IMG/VR virus record: IMGVR_UViG_2811995030_000001
Span: 64,001-128,000 of that record
DNA length: 64,000 bases
From: a virus
Taxonomy: Duplodnaviria; Caudoviricetes
Strand: one strand, 5' to 3'
Below the pieces are notes generated by a model that was not told the DNA's origin, did no database searches, and worked only from the letters and a program-made list of their open reading frames with translations. This document shows, in pieces, positions 39,121-47,964 of the stretch (positions are counted from its first letter, which is position 1; each line of letters begins with the position of its first letter). The position numbers were made by a program, and so were the translations under genes.

Positions 39121-39145
39121 ACTATTTTAAACAGGAGGTAATCAA

Positions 39146-39355
39146 ATGTTAGAAGAACGAAAAGATTTAAATTTTATGATTGGGAAAACAGTGGAGAAAG
39201 TATTTTCTAGAAAGAATTACGAGTTTATGACTATTCAATTTACAGATGGTACTTTTGTGAATATTTACAATGTTGCAGATAAAGAAAGAGAACCTGAATG
39301 CATCAGCGCAAAAGTAGATTATGTTTTGACTGAATCTCGTAAGAGTAATGGATAA
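39146..39355 (+). CDS. hypothetical protein between core repeats 39114 and 39353
   Basis: AGGAGG RBS. Confidence 0.65.
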   Translation: MLEERKDLNFMIGKTVEKVFSRKNYEFMTIQFTDGTFVNIYNVADKEREPECISAKVDYVLTESRKSNG

Positions 39356-39392
39356 AATTAGCTTTTTATATTAAATAAAATCAATTATAGGA

Positions 39393-39788
39393 GTGATTAT
39401 TATGGGTATTAGAGACGTTGGAAGTATGGAGATGTTCCTTATAGATAATCAAACAGGAGAAACGACAAAGGTAGAAACATTAAATTGCAAAGTCGATGTA
39501 GCATCTGTAGGTGTTGAGAATAAAAATAGCCAATTGATTAAAGATGGAGACTCCTTCTCGTTTCATAGTTCAGGAGGATGGAGTATGGGTTTACAGAATG
39601 TTGAGTTGGATGACAGTTGGGATAACTTAGTTAGAACGCATCCAAGATTTGATGCCACAGTATCAAGTATTCAATTACCAAAAGGTAAAACTAAAGTACC
39701 TAAGAAAAAACGTATTCAGAAGAAATGGAAAAAGCGTTATGGCAGAGAGGTTACATATAAAAATTGTGTATGGGGAGGAGATATATGA
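39393..39788 (+). CDS. hypothetical protein
   Basis: KKKRIQKKWKKRYG basic motif. Confidence 0.65.
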   Translation: MIIMGIRDVGSMEMFLIDNQTGETTKVETLNCKVDVASVGVENKNSQLIKDGDSFSFHSSGGWSMGLQNVELDDSWDNLVRTHPRFDATVSSIQLPKGKTKVPKKKRIQKKWKKRYGREVTYKNCVWGGDI

Positions 39789-40225
39789 AATATAAGGCTA
39801 GATTCCTATGCGACAAATATGAGGTGAAATATGCTATAAATCCTTATATGAAAGTATTTTATATAAAAGATGGAGAATGGAATTTAGCAAGATGTCATCA
39901 TGGTGAAAGTTATCCTGTGGGATATAAAGCAACTCGTGTAATGGAGTATGAGAGATTTATGGGAGAAGAAGTATTTCATGAGGAAGAGCTTAAAAGCATT
40001 TTTGAAGTTGGTGATGTGGTTAAGTGTGGAGAAGATGTTGTAGAAATACTTAAAGTAGTGAAGAATCTAGACGGTTCAATAGATTATTTCACAAATAAAG
40101 AGGAATCAAAGTACATAAATACACGAGAAACTTATTTTAATGAAGTGTCTAGCAAAAGTGAGGAGAGTAATCAAAATACTTTCAGTATCATGAAATGGAT
40201 CAAAGATAAGCTAAACAAATTATGA
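39764..40225 (+). CDS. hypothetical protein (true start probably MKYKA)
   Basis: GGAGG RBS. Confidence 0.6.
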   Translation: MCMGRRYMKYKARFLCDKYEVKYAINPYMKVFYIKDGEWNLARCHHGESYPVGYKATRVMEYERFMGEEVFHEEELKSIFEVGDVVKCGEDVVEILKVVKNLDGSIDYFTNKEESKYINTRETYFNEVSSKSEESNQNTFSIMKWIKDKLNKL

Positions 40226-40497
40226 GGAGTGGTAATATGAAACTTAAAGTCAAAGAAAACAAAGAAGGAAAACTACCTGTTTTTGAATGTGGAGATATTA
40301 TTACAATGGGAACTACATCATATATTATAATTTCCACTAAAGATGGTTTTATTGCGAAAAATCTAGATAATGGACTAGGCGGAGCCACAGGTTATCACAA
40401 AACTTTAGAAGAGCTTATAAATTCAATTAATAAATATGAACACAAACATTACAGCAAGGATTCATATGAACTTGTTTTGCAACAAAAAGAAAACTAA
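40222..40497 (+). CDS. hypothetical protein
   Basis: RBS. Confidence 0.6.
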   Translation: MRSGNMKLKVKENKEGKLPVFECGDIITMGTTSYIIISTKDGFIAKNLDNGLGGATGYHKTLEELINSINKYEHKHYSKDSYELVLQQKEN

Positions 40498-40532
40498 ATA
40501 AAATATTACATTTACATAGAGGAGAGGATAAT

Positions 40533-40742
40533 ATGGAGAAAAGTTTTCTAGATTTCTATTTAGTTGTAGGGACATATGAGAAAGATGGTCAGGATCATGA
40601 GTATAAACAAAGCGTTCATTTGGAATATGAGAAAGCATACACACAGTTTATGGCTAATAATATGTCTGGTGTGGGAACAGGTCAAATTAAATGGAGAATA
40701 GATAGATATAAAGGAGAATGTAGAGAAACAGTAAATGATTAA
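40533..40742 (+). CDS. hypothetical protein
   Basis: RBS; between core repeats. Confidence 0.6.
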   Translation: MEKSFLDFYLVVGTYEKDGQDHEYKQSVHLEYEKAYTQFMANNMSGVGTGQIKWRIDRYKGECRETVND

Positions 40743-40981
40743 ATCTATAAAAAATTTCCCTTTTAAATAGATAAGGAGCGTGAAAGTATGATTAAGGAAG
40801 AAATGTGGAGAGACTACGAAGAGTTAAATGAGTTAAGTAATGAGTTTCATAGTAAGGTTTATGAGTATATTAATGTATATGGACTAGACGACAAAACTAA
40901 ACAAATTTTAATCGGAAAGAAAATGTGGCTAGAGATGATTTTAGAGAAGAATTAATTTAAAGTTTCTTATGGAGGGATTGA

Positions 40982-41338
40982 ATGGAAAAAATACAGTCAC
41001 ACGAAATTAAAGATATTTGGCGAGTACAAGATGGATTATTGGTAGAGATATATAAATATGATTCTCTGGGTTATCACATACATAGTGACAAAATCAAAGC
41101 GAAAATTATAAGGGGCTGTAAAGGACTAAAAGAATTGAAAGAGGATTATACAGATAGTTGGGAAAAGAAAACGTATCCTAAAGGAACACTTTTATATCAT
41201 GGTCAACCTGTTAGAGCTATTTCTGATAGAAATAAATTTAAAGCTGAAATAAAATCAAGTGGTGGCTCTGTATTGGGGAGTATTACAGAGATTAATAAGG
41301 TGCTAGAAGATATTGAACATATATTAAATCAATATTGA
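40982..41338 (+). CDS. hypothetical protein
   Basis: GGAGG RBS. Confidence 0.65.
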   Translation: MEKIQSHEIKDIWRVQDGLLVEIYKYDSLGYHIHSDKIKAKIIRGCKGLKELKEDYTDSWEKKTYPKGTLLYHGQPVRAISDRNKFKAEIKSSGGSVLGSITEINKVLEDIEHILNQY

Positions 41339-41374
41339 TAAAATTCTCAGTTTACTTAGAAAAGGAGTGGTTAA

Positions 41375-41605
41375 ATGGTGAAAATATTTAAGGTAGGTAT
41401 GTACATTATGGATGTAAATGAGGATATTGATGATATTAATGGAGTTAGACGTTTATTAGGGCAGATTAGTGAACGGTTCGACGTTGATTTTAAGACTGCC
41501 ACTATAAAGGAATCTGAAGAGTTTGAGTGGGATGATGATCTTAAGATTAATAGAGTAGATGCAACGATAGCAGATTATGAAGAGTATTTTAAAAAAGAGG
41601 AGTGA
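41375..41605 (+). CDS. conserved phage protein
   Basis: EWDDDLKIN motif; RBS. Confidence 0.65.
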   Translation: MVKIFKVGMYIMDVNEDIDDINGVRRLLGQISERFDVDFKTATIKESEEFEWDDDLKINRVDATIADYEEYFKKEE

Positions 41606-41780
41606 TTAAATGGAGAAAGAATTGAAAGAACTAAAAGAACTTGCAGCATTAGCTTATATGAATTGGCTTAAAAGTGAGGATGTTGTTGGCTCAATGATTA
41701 AACTAAGAAAAGAGCTGGTGAGACAAGGAGTAGATGTGAGCGCTGTTTATGAGGAGTATTGTATGAAGGAGAAAAATTAA

Positions 41781-41978
41781 ATGGTTGACTTTCCTAGTGC
41801 TAGAATTAGATTCGATGAGATAAGGGATAAAGGAACATACATAATGTTTGTAAACGGTAAACGGTATGGATCAGGAGACTTAGTACGTATAAGGGAATTG
41901 ATTTCAAACTATATTTTAATTCATCAAATACATAATAAAGAAGACGTTAGTTTTAGAATTGTGAGAGGAGAGAAGTAA
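41781..41978 (+). CDS. hypothetical protein
   Basis: AAGGAG RBS. Confidence 0.6.
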   Translation: MVDFPSARIRFDEIRDKGTYIMFVNGKRYGSGDLVRIRELISNYILIHQIHNKEDVSFRIVRGEK

Positions 41979-42191
41979 ATGGAGACTCCTAAATATAACG
42001 TAGGTGAGAAGTTTTACTATCTTGAGCATGCTTCAGGTGTAATTTGCGTAACTGTAATTGGAGTAGCTCCAGAGCCTGATTCAGACAACAAGATTATCTA
42101 TTTTACTAAGCATGAGTATGAATTTGAAGGCAAGAAATATATTGATTTTGTAACTGAAGAGGAAAGTTTTCTTAATGACTGTAGAAAATGA
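41979..42191 (+). CDS. hypothetical protein
   Basis: RBS. Confidence 0.6.
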   Translation: METPKYNVGEKFYYLEHASGVICVTVIGVAPEPDSDNKIIYFTKHEYEFEGKKYIDFVTEEESFLNDCRK

Positions 42192-42452
42192 ATATACTAA
42201 GGGAGAGATTTAAATGAAGATAGCTAATATTGCACAGATTATTCTTGTAACTTATTTACTGATCGCAACTTTAAGTGAAGGTTTGCCTGTAGTTAATGTT
42301 TTAGCAGTTACATTCATGCTTTCTGCACCACTACTTATTGCTAATCTTGAATTTTCATATAGAACTCGTAACAAGAAATAATTCTGCACGAAACAAGAGA
42401 TTTACACAGATTTAAATAATACATAATAAATCAAATAAAATACAAATACGAG

Positions 42453-42626
42453 GTGATTATTATAATTGGATACATAAGATATGTCTATAATTTAACATGG
42501 AGTAATTGGTATTGGAAGGTTTGGCTGGGGTCAGATATTGACTTATTTGATAACTGTAGTTGGAAAGTATATAAGAGCACTCTTACAGAATCTACATCTC
42601 CTAAATCAGGACAATCTAAACAATAA
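42453..42626 (+). CDS. small Trp-rich protein; intact allele paralogous to the remnant after omegaRNA 2 (start uncertain)
   Basis: GYIRYVYNLTWSNWYWKVWLGSDIDLFDNCSWKVYK vs RYVYRLASFNLHYKTWMGSDIGLFDNCSWKAYK. Confidence 0.65.
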   Translation: MIIIIGYIRYVYNLTWSNWYWKVWLGSDIDLFDNCSWKVYKSTLTESTSPKSGQSKQ

Positions 42627-42659
42627 AGAAGGGGAGGTGGGTGCATCAAGGAAAATGGA

Positions 42660-42863
42660 CTACTCTCTTTGATTCCACCCAAGCAATTCGTTAGGTGTAC
42701 ATTCTAATGCTGTACAAATACGTTCCATAATCTCAAATTTAATAGAAGCTGTTTTTCTGTCAGCTAGATTACACAAGTTTGGATACGTAATTCTTACTTC
42801 TTTAGCTAACCAGTAACGTGTTCTATCTTTTTCTTTAAGTAAATCATCGATCATTATTTTCAT
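42660..42863 (-). CDS. Cro/XRE HTH regulator divergent from tnpB
   Basis: close paralog of 5378-5572; GAGGTG RBS. Confidence 0.85.
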   Translation of the reverse strand: MKIMIDDLLKEKDRTRYWLAKEVRITYPNLCNLADRKTASIKFEIMERICTALECTPNELLGWNQRE

Positions 42864-42985
42864 ATTTTATCACCTCTCTATATATTATAAGTAATATACA
42901 AATCTTTTTCAATATATACTGTTGATAATACATACTGTCTACTGTAATATAAGTGTATGGAGATGAATACAAGTGAATCAGATCG

Positions 42986-44458
42986 GTGGTGAGAAGAATG
43001 GGTGAAGTTAAGAAATCAACATTTATTTTACAGTTGCCATTACATACTACAAATTCAGATGTTGCTGCATTAAATAAATATTTTGAACTATCCCGTAAGT
43101 TATATAATGTTTTACTTAATGAATCATTGAAGAGATTAAATCTAATGAGACAGTCCAAACAATATCAATTAATTAAGAAGCTAGATAAGAAAGAGCAAAC
43201 TAAAGCATACAGGAAAGCTAGAGAAGATTTTAGATTTACAAAATATGATTTAATTAAGTTCTCCACTCCCTTAAGAATAAATGAATTTAAACAGGTTGAT
43301 TCTAGCACAGTTCAAAAACTTGCTCAACGCGCCTTTTTATCAGTAGAGAGAATGTTTTATGGGAAGGCTAAGCGAGTTAATTTTAAGTGTAAGGGCGAAA
43401 TGGATTCAGTTGAAGGATCAAGTAATAGACAAGGAATTAAATATCGTGATGGGTATCTACAATGGAACAAACTAAATATCAAGGTGAAGATTAAAGAATG
43501 TGATTATTATGCACATGAGGCATTAACAAATAAGATTAAATATTGTCGTATTGTTAGAAAGTTAATTAGAGGTAAAATTAGATTCTTTATACACTTAGTC
43601 CTAGAAGGAATCCCGCCTAGAAAAATTGATAATAAAACAGGGATGTTTAAAGGTAGACACGGGGAGGGAAAGGTAGGAATTGATATTGGCACACAAACTA
43701 TTGCCATTGTAAGTAAGAATGAGACAAAATTATTAGAATTGGCACCAGAAGTTAACAGCATTCATAAACAAATGAGAGTTATTCAACGCAAGATGAACAG
43801 AAGTAAATGCATGATGAATCCACATAAATTCAACGAAGACGGAACAATTAAAAGGAGAAATGGAGAAAAATGGATATGGAGTAAGAACTACTTAAAATTA
43901 CGTTATCAATTAGCTGAGTTGCAACGTAAACAAGCTGATATTAGAAAACAGTCACACTATCGACTAGCCAATTGGATTATAAGTCTAGGTGACAGATTCT
44001 ATGTCGAACAAATGAACTATAAAGGACTACAGAAAAGAACAAAGGAAACAATAATTAATGAAAAAACAGGTAGATACAATAAGAAGAAACGATTTGGAAA
44101 ATCCTTAGCAAATAAAGCGCCCGCAATGATACTGACGTTGCTAAAGCAGAAGTTAGGGTATTGGGAATTGGAATTAAACAAGATTGATACATTTAATTTT
44201 AAAGCAAGCCAATATAATCACTTTACAGATGACTACACAAAGAAAAGTTTATCAGCTAGATGGAATGAATTTGAATGTGGAAAAATACAGCGTGATCTTT
44301 ATTCTGCTTATTTAATTATGAATAGTAGAGATGATTTAAAAAATACTGATAGAGCATTATGTATAAGTAGTTGGAATAATTTTAAACAGTTACATGATAT
44401 TGAAGTTGAACGATTAAAAAACTGTGGAAATAAATTAATTGGTAGTATGGGTTTATAA
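42986..44458 (+). CDS. tnpB: TnpB-family RNA-guided nuclease
   Basis: VGIDIG, YVEQM and QRDLYSA intact; paralog of 22708-24153. Confidence 0.85.
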   Translation: MVRRMGEVKKSTFILQLPLHTTNSDVAALNKYFELSRKLYNVLLNESLKRLNLMRQSKQYQLIKKLDKKEQTKAYRKAREDFRFTKYDLIKFSTPLRINEFKQVDSSTVQKLAQRAFLSVERMFYGKAKRVNFKCKGEMDSVEGSSNRQGIKYRDGYLQWNKLNIKVKIKECDYYAHEALTNKIKYCRIVRKLIRGKIRFFIHLVLEGIPPRKIDNKTGMFKGRHGEGKVGIDIGTQTIAIVSKNETKLLELAPEVNSIHKQMRVIQRKMNRSKCMMNPHKFNEDGTIKRRNGEKWIWSKNYLKLRYQLAELQRKQADIRKQSHYRLANWIISLGDRFYVEQMNYKGLQKRTKETIINEKTGRYNKKKRFGKSLANKAPAMILTLLKQKLGYWELELNKIDTFNFKASQYNHFTDDYTKKSLSARWNEFECGKIQRDLYSAYLIMNSRDDLKNTDRALCISSWNNFKQLHDIEVERLKNCGNKLIGSMGL

Positions 44459-44469
44459 TTTAAATTAAT

Positions 44470-44662
44470 GGTTTTGAATCGAGCCTACAGGATGCTAATG
44501 GATTCAATGGAGTCCTTGTCCATGAAAGTCTCAGGATACTATCTTCAATAGCTATGATGTGTACCGAAAGGGAGAGCATAGATACGAATTTAGAGAATGA
44601 GAACCTGCCATGTGAGTATGGAGAACGTGTGCAGAGATTCAGAAGGTACGTTTATAGATTAG
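44470..44662 (+). ncRNA. predicted omegaRNA 2 (scaffold to TCAG 44642, guide from 44643)
   Basis: conserved blocks shared with omegaRNA 1. Confidence 0.75.
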
Positions 44663-44778
44663 CGAGTTTCAATTTACACTATAAGACTTGGATGGGATCA
44701 GATATTGGATTGTTCGATAACTGTAGCTGGAAGGCTTATAAGCGCTCATTAGAGGAGGAGAAGCGTCATGAACTATGA
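44643..44778 (+). pseudogene. 5'-truncated allele of the 42453 gene that supplies the guide
   Basis: in-frame homology to 42476 onward begins exactly at the scaffold boundary. Confidence 0.7.
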
Positions 44779-44983
44779 TAACCTCATAATCGGTAAGCGT
44801 TGCGAGGTGTATGCGGATTTTCTTGTTAAGGTAAGAAAAAGAAGAATGACTAAGCAAGGTACTATAAGAGGATTCTACGTAAATGAGCATTGGCATCCAT
44901 ATACATATAGAGCTTTTCATATTGAATTTGATGATGGAACTAAAGATACTTTTAAAGCGCAGGATGTAAAGATTACTGGTTAA
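44768..44983 (+). CDS. hypothetical protein
   Basis: GAGGAGG RBS. Confidence 0.65.
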   Translation: MNYDNLIIGKRCEVYADFLVKVRKRRMTKQGTIRGFYVNEHWHPYTYRAFHIEFDDGTKDTFKAQDVKITG

Positions 44984-45038
44984 TACATATTTGTGGAAAA
45001 TGATGATTTTAGAGAGAATATTAAAGGAGGAGTAGCCC

Positions 45039-45260
45039 ATGTGGTGGATTATTGGATACATATTATCGTTGATATATGCTTATTTTGGAGTCAGAACGAT
45101 GCTTATTGCAGAGAAACAAGATGCATGAATTGGACATATCGTCTTCATACTGATTCCATTTCTTAATATCGTATGGGGAACAATGGCATTTATAGTTGCT
45201 GTGTGGGAAAAGTATGAAGGAACGAAAATTCTTAATAAATTCTTTAGGCTGAAAAGGTGA
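45039..45260 (+). pseudogene. small membrane protein gene with an internal TGA at 45126
   Basis: strong RBS; the hydrophobic frame continues IGHIVFILIPFLNIVW...KFFRLKR*. Confidence 0.6.
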
Positions 45261-45264
45261 GTAT

Positions 45265-45453
45265 ATGAAGGGATTAGATGAGCATTACAAGTTTACTATG
45301 GATTGGTTATTACAAGATGGCCGCAGGTATGGTCGTATAATATGTAATGATAAGAAGGAGCTTAAACAAGGACAGGAGTATTATACACAACGTATGAAAG
45401 AAGATGGTGTGTATGATGATCTATACCATTATATTGAATGGAAAATAAAATAA
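45265..45453 (+). CDS. hypothetical protein
   Basis: RBS. Confidence 0.6.
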   Translation: MKGLDEHYKFTMDWLLQDGRRYGRIICNDKKELKQGQEYYTQRMKEDGVYDDLYHYIEWKIK

Positions 45454-45483
45454 TAAATTAACAAAAATAAATTACAAAAAGTA

Positions 45484-45512
45484 TTGACGGTTAAAATTCA
45501 GCATGATATATT
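45484..45512 (+). promoter_or_regulatory. phage sigma-A promoter
   Basis: TTGACG-17-TATATT with extended TG; AATAAATTACA box upstream. Confidence 0.7.
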
Positions 45513-45576
45513 AGATACAGAGATAAGGAACAGCAAGAAAAAACAACGAAGTAAATAAAATAAGATACATAAGGGT

Positions 45577-45801
45577 GTGATAGTGATAGGAGATAAAAAG
45601 TTTATTGAAGCTGTTACTGAAGAATTAATGGATACATATAGATTTACTTATCAAGAAGCAACAAAGATGATTAATGAGTATTCAGTGATAAAAGATTTAT
45701 TAAAAAGTGATCCAGAATTTGTTTATCATTACCATCCACTATATTGGGCAAATCACACATTTGAATCTTACTCATCTTGTAAGAATAAAAGTTTAGATTA
45801 A
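45577..45801 (+). CDS. hypothetical protein
   Basis: DPEFVYHYHPLYWA motif. Confidence 0.6.
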   Translation: MIVIGDKKFIEAVTEELMDTYRFTYQEATKMINEYSVIKDLLKSDPEFVYHYHPLYWANHTFESYSSCKNKSLD

Positions 45802-46210
45802 ATAATAATAAAGAGGTGATAAATTGAAAAAGCTCTTTAAGCGTAAACAATGTAAGCAATGTGGAGAGCAACTAAGATTATTTGATAAAACTAACTTCTG
45901 TGATTATAACTGTTATAAAATATATGAAAGAAATAAAAAGGAATATGAAGAAGTAAAGAGAAGACTTAGTAAAACATGATTATATAAAATACTTATTTTA
46001 CGTAAATTTCAACTTAGAAAAACGGAGTAAATGGAAGAAAAACAGAGAATAAGAGAGCTTTATTTTACACGATTGTGTAACTAGGGTTTGTACTTCCTAG
46101 GGAGGGATTAGTTACCCCTTCAAACCACATCCTATCTATGAGTTAGGCCTTGATGGTCGGGCAATAAAGAATAGTAGTAGTGACACTATTCTCCGCCTAG
46201 GAGGTATAAG

Positions 46211-46272
46211 AAAAAAATATATCAAATAAAATAAAATACATTGTTGACAAATTAAAAGAATGATAGTAACAT
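46211..46272 (+). promoter_or_regulatory. phage promoter with conserved operator-like block
   Basis: TTGACA-17-TAACAT preceded by a block matching 19818. Confidence 0.75.
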
Positions 46273-46284
46273 TAAGACATAGCT

Positions 46285-46659
46285 TTGAAGGAGGTGAGAA
46301 GCATCTTATCAGATCGAGCTAAAGCAAGAGAAAGTCAAATACATAATGAGTTAGGTCAGTTGAAAGAACATTTAAAAAGAGAAGATTTAACACCTGAAGC
46401 AAAAATAATGATTAATGAAAGACAACAAGAATTACTTGGTGAGTTAAATAGGTTAATGTTTTCTCCAACAAGAAGTGATCGAATTAAAGAGTTAGAAGAT
46501 ACATTTGATAAAAATGAAGCAAGACTAACTGAAATTGATAAGCAGCTTAGTGAAGAAAAACCTTTCACAGATAAGTTTACCAAACTTCATGAAGAAAAGC
46601 ACAACTTATTAAGACAGCAGAAGTGGATTCCAGTCAGCATTGAATCATTAATAAAATAA
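46285..46659 (+). CDS. coiled-coil hypothetical protein
   Basis: ORF; AGGAGG RBS implies a slightly later start. Confidence 0.6.
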   Translation: MKEVRSILSDRAKARESQIHNELGQLKEHLKREDLTPEAKIMINERQQELLGELNRLMFSPTRSDRIKELEDTFDKNEARLTEIDKQLSEEKPFTDKFTKLHEEKHNLLRQQKWIPVSIESLIK

Positions 46660-46686
46660 AATATATTATAAAAGGAGATTGATAAT

Positions 46687-47466
46687 ATGGGTTTAGTAAA
46701 AGAATGGGCAGGAAAATATGCAGAGGAAATTAATTATGTAGCAAATAAACATGGAGTTGATCCTTTACTGGTAGCATCAATTATTAAAGCAGAAAGTAAT
46801 TTTAGTGAAAAAGCTGAAAGTTACGCAGGGTCAAAAGGTTTAATGCAAATTTATCCTTCTACTTTTAGAAAATACATAGGAGATGGAGACGTATTTGATA
46901 TTCGAGATAACATCGAGTGTGGAGTAAGGTATCTAAAGGATATTGTTAGCAAAGTCGGTTCAGATATTTTTAAAGTAGCAATGGCAGCGAATGTAGGTGC
47001 AAACTCTGTTGTTGAGAATAGAGACATTTTAAACTCAACAGAAACTAAAGCTTATGTTAAAAGAGTTGTTGATAGTTATCAAAAATATATTTTCGATGAG
47101 GTAGAACATAAAAGAGACAGTGGGATTGCAGATGGTTGGGTTGCTATCTCCGCATCTGAAAAGGTGAAAGTAAAAGCCGGAAATGTTACAGGAGTAATGA
47201 AAGTTGAAGATGTTAAAGGAAGGTCTATTTTAAACTTCTATGAAACTGGAGGCATTGATAGTCTTACAGTAAATGAGTTTCAAACAGCAAAAAATAGCGA
47301 AGAAGCGAAGGGAATCTTTATTACAAATTCGAATAATAGCCTTGTCTTCTCAATGGATAAGAAAGGAAATATTGTTATCAATGCTGATAGATTAGCAACA
47401 AAAGAAGAGAATGTGGAAATCGCTAACTATATTGTAGAAAAATTAAAACAAGATAAAAAGGATTAA
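46687..47466 (+). CDS. lytic transglycosylase (SLT domain) protein
   Basis: IIKAESNF, GLMQI, DNIECGVRYL, ETKAYVKRV. Confidence 0.85.
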   Translation: MGLVKEWAGKYAEEINYVANKHGVDPLLVASIIKAESNFSEKAESYAGSKGLMQIYPSTFRKYIGDGDVFDIRDNIECGVRYLKDIVSKVGSDIFKVAMAANVGANSVVENRDILNSTETKAYVKRVVDSYQKYIFDEVEHKRDSGIADGWVAISASEKVKVKAGNVTGVMKVEDVKGRSILNFYETGGIDSLTVNEFQTAKNSEEAKGIFITNSNNSLVFSMDKKGNIVINADRLATKEENVEIANYIVEKLKQDKKD

Positions 47467-47607
47467 TTAACCACTAATTTGATTAAATATACATAAATAA
47501 CTTTAAGGAGGTGATAGGTTGTCAAAGTGGAAGACAGGCATTCCATAAAGCCCATTGTTATGCGGTTTATAAAGTGAAAAACTATAAAATAAATTGGAGT
47601 GATATAA

Positions 47608-47871
47608 ATGCAAAAAGTTGAAATTCAAGTAGAAGAATCCGTCCGTTATGAAGACACGATTCAGGTTATCCAGCCTACAGATATGTCAGATGAACAATTT
47701 GATAAGATTTTAAACCAAGCAGAGAAGGAAAATAGACGTTTTGAAGGTGGAGCAAAGGATTTAGCTTCTATTCTTGAAAGATTGGGTATTAAAGTTGTGT
47801 CGCAGACATTTAACTTCCCTGAGAGTCCACGAAGATCAGAATTAGAAATTATTGATGTTAGAGACGTATAA
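47608..47871 (+). CDS. hypothetical protein
   Basis: GGAG RBS. Confidence 0.65.
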   Translation: MQKVEIQVEESVRYEDTIQVIQPTDMSDEQFDKILNQAEKENRRFEGGAKDLASILERLGIKVVSQTFNFPESPRRSELEIIDVRDV

Positions 47872-47964
47872 TAAATAGTTCTGTATCAAATTTAGGTTTT
47901 ATCTAGAGTAATAGATTATTAATAAAAAAATAAAATTATACATATAACTGGAGGAATTTATAAT

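Noticed and set aside
44554-44778. 74-aa ORF from the track as a real gene
   Set aside because: Its 5' part lies in the omegaRNA scaffold without a good RBS; only the part from 44643 is gene-derived
16849-45128. Stop-codon reassignment
   Set aside because: The internal stops differ (TAA, TGA) and both codons terminate many normal genes
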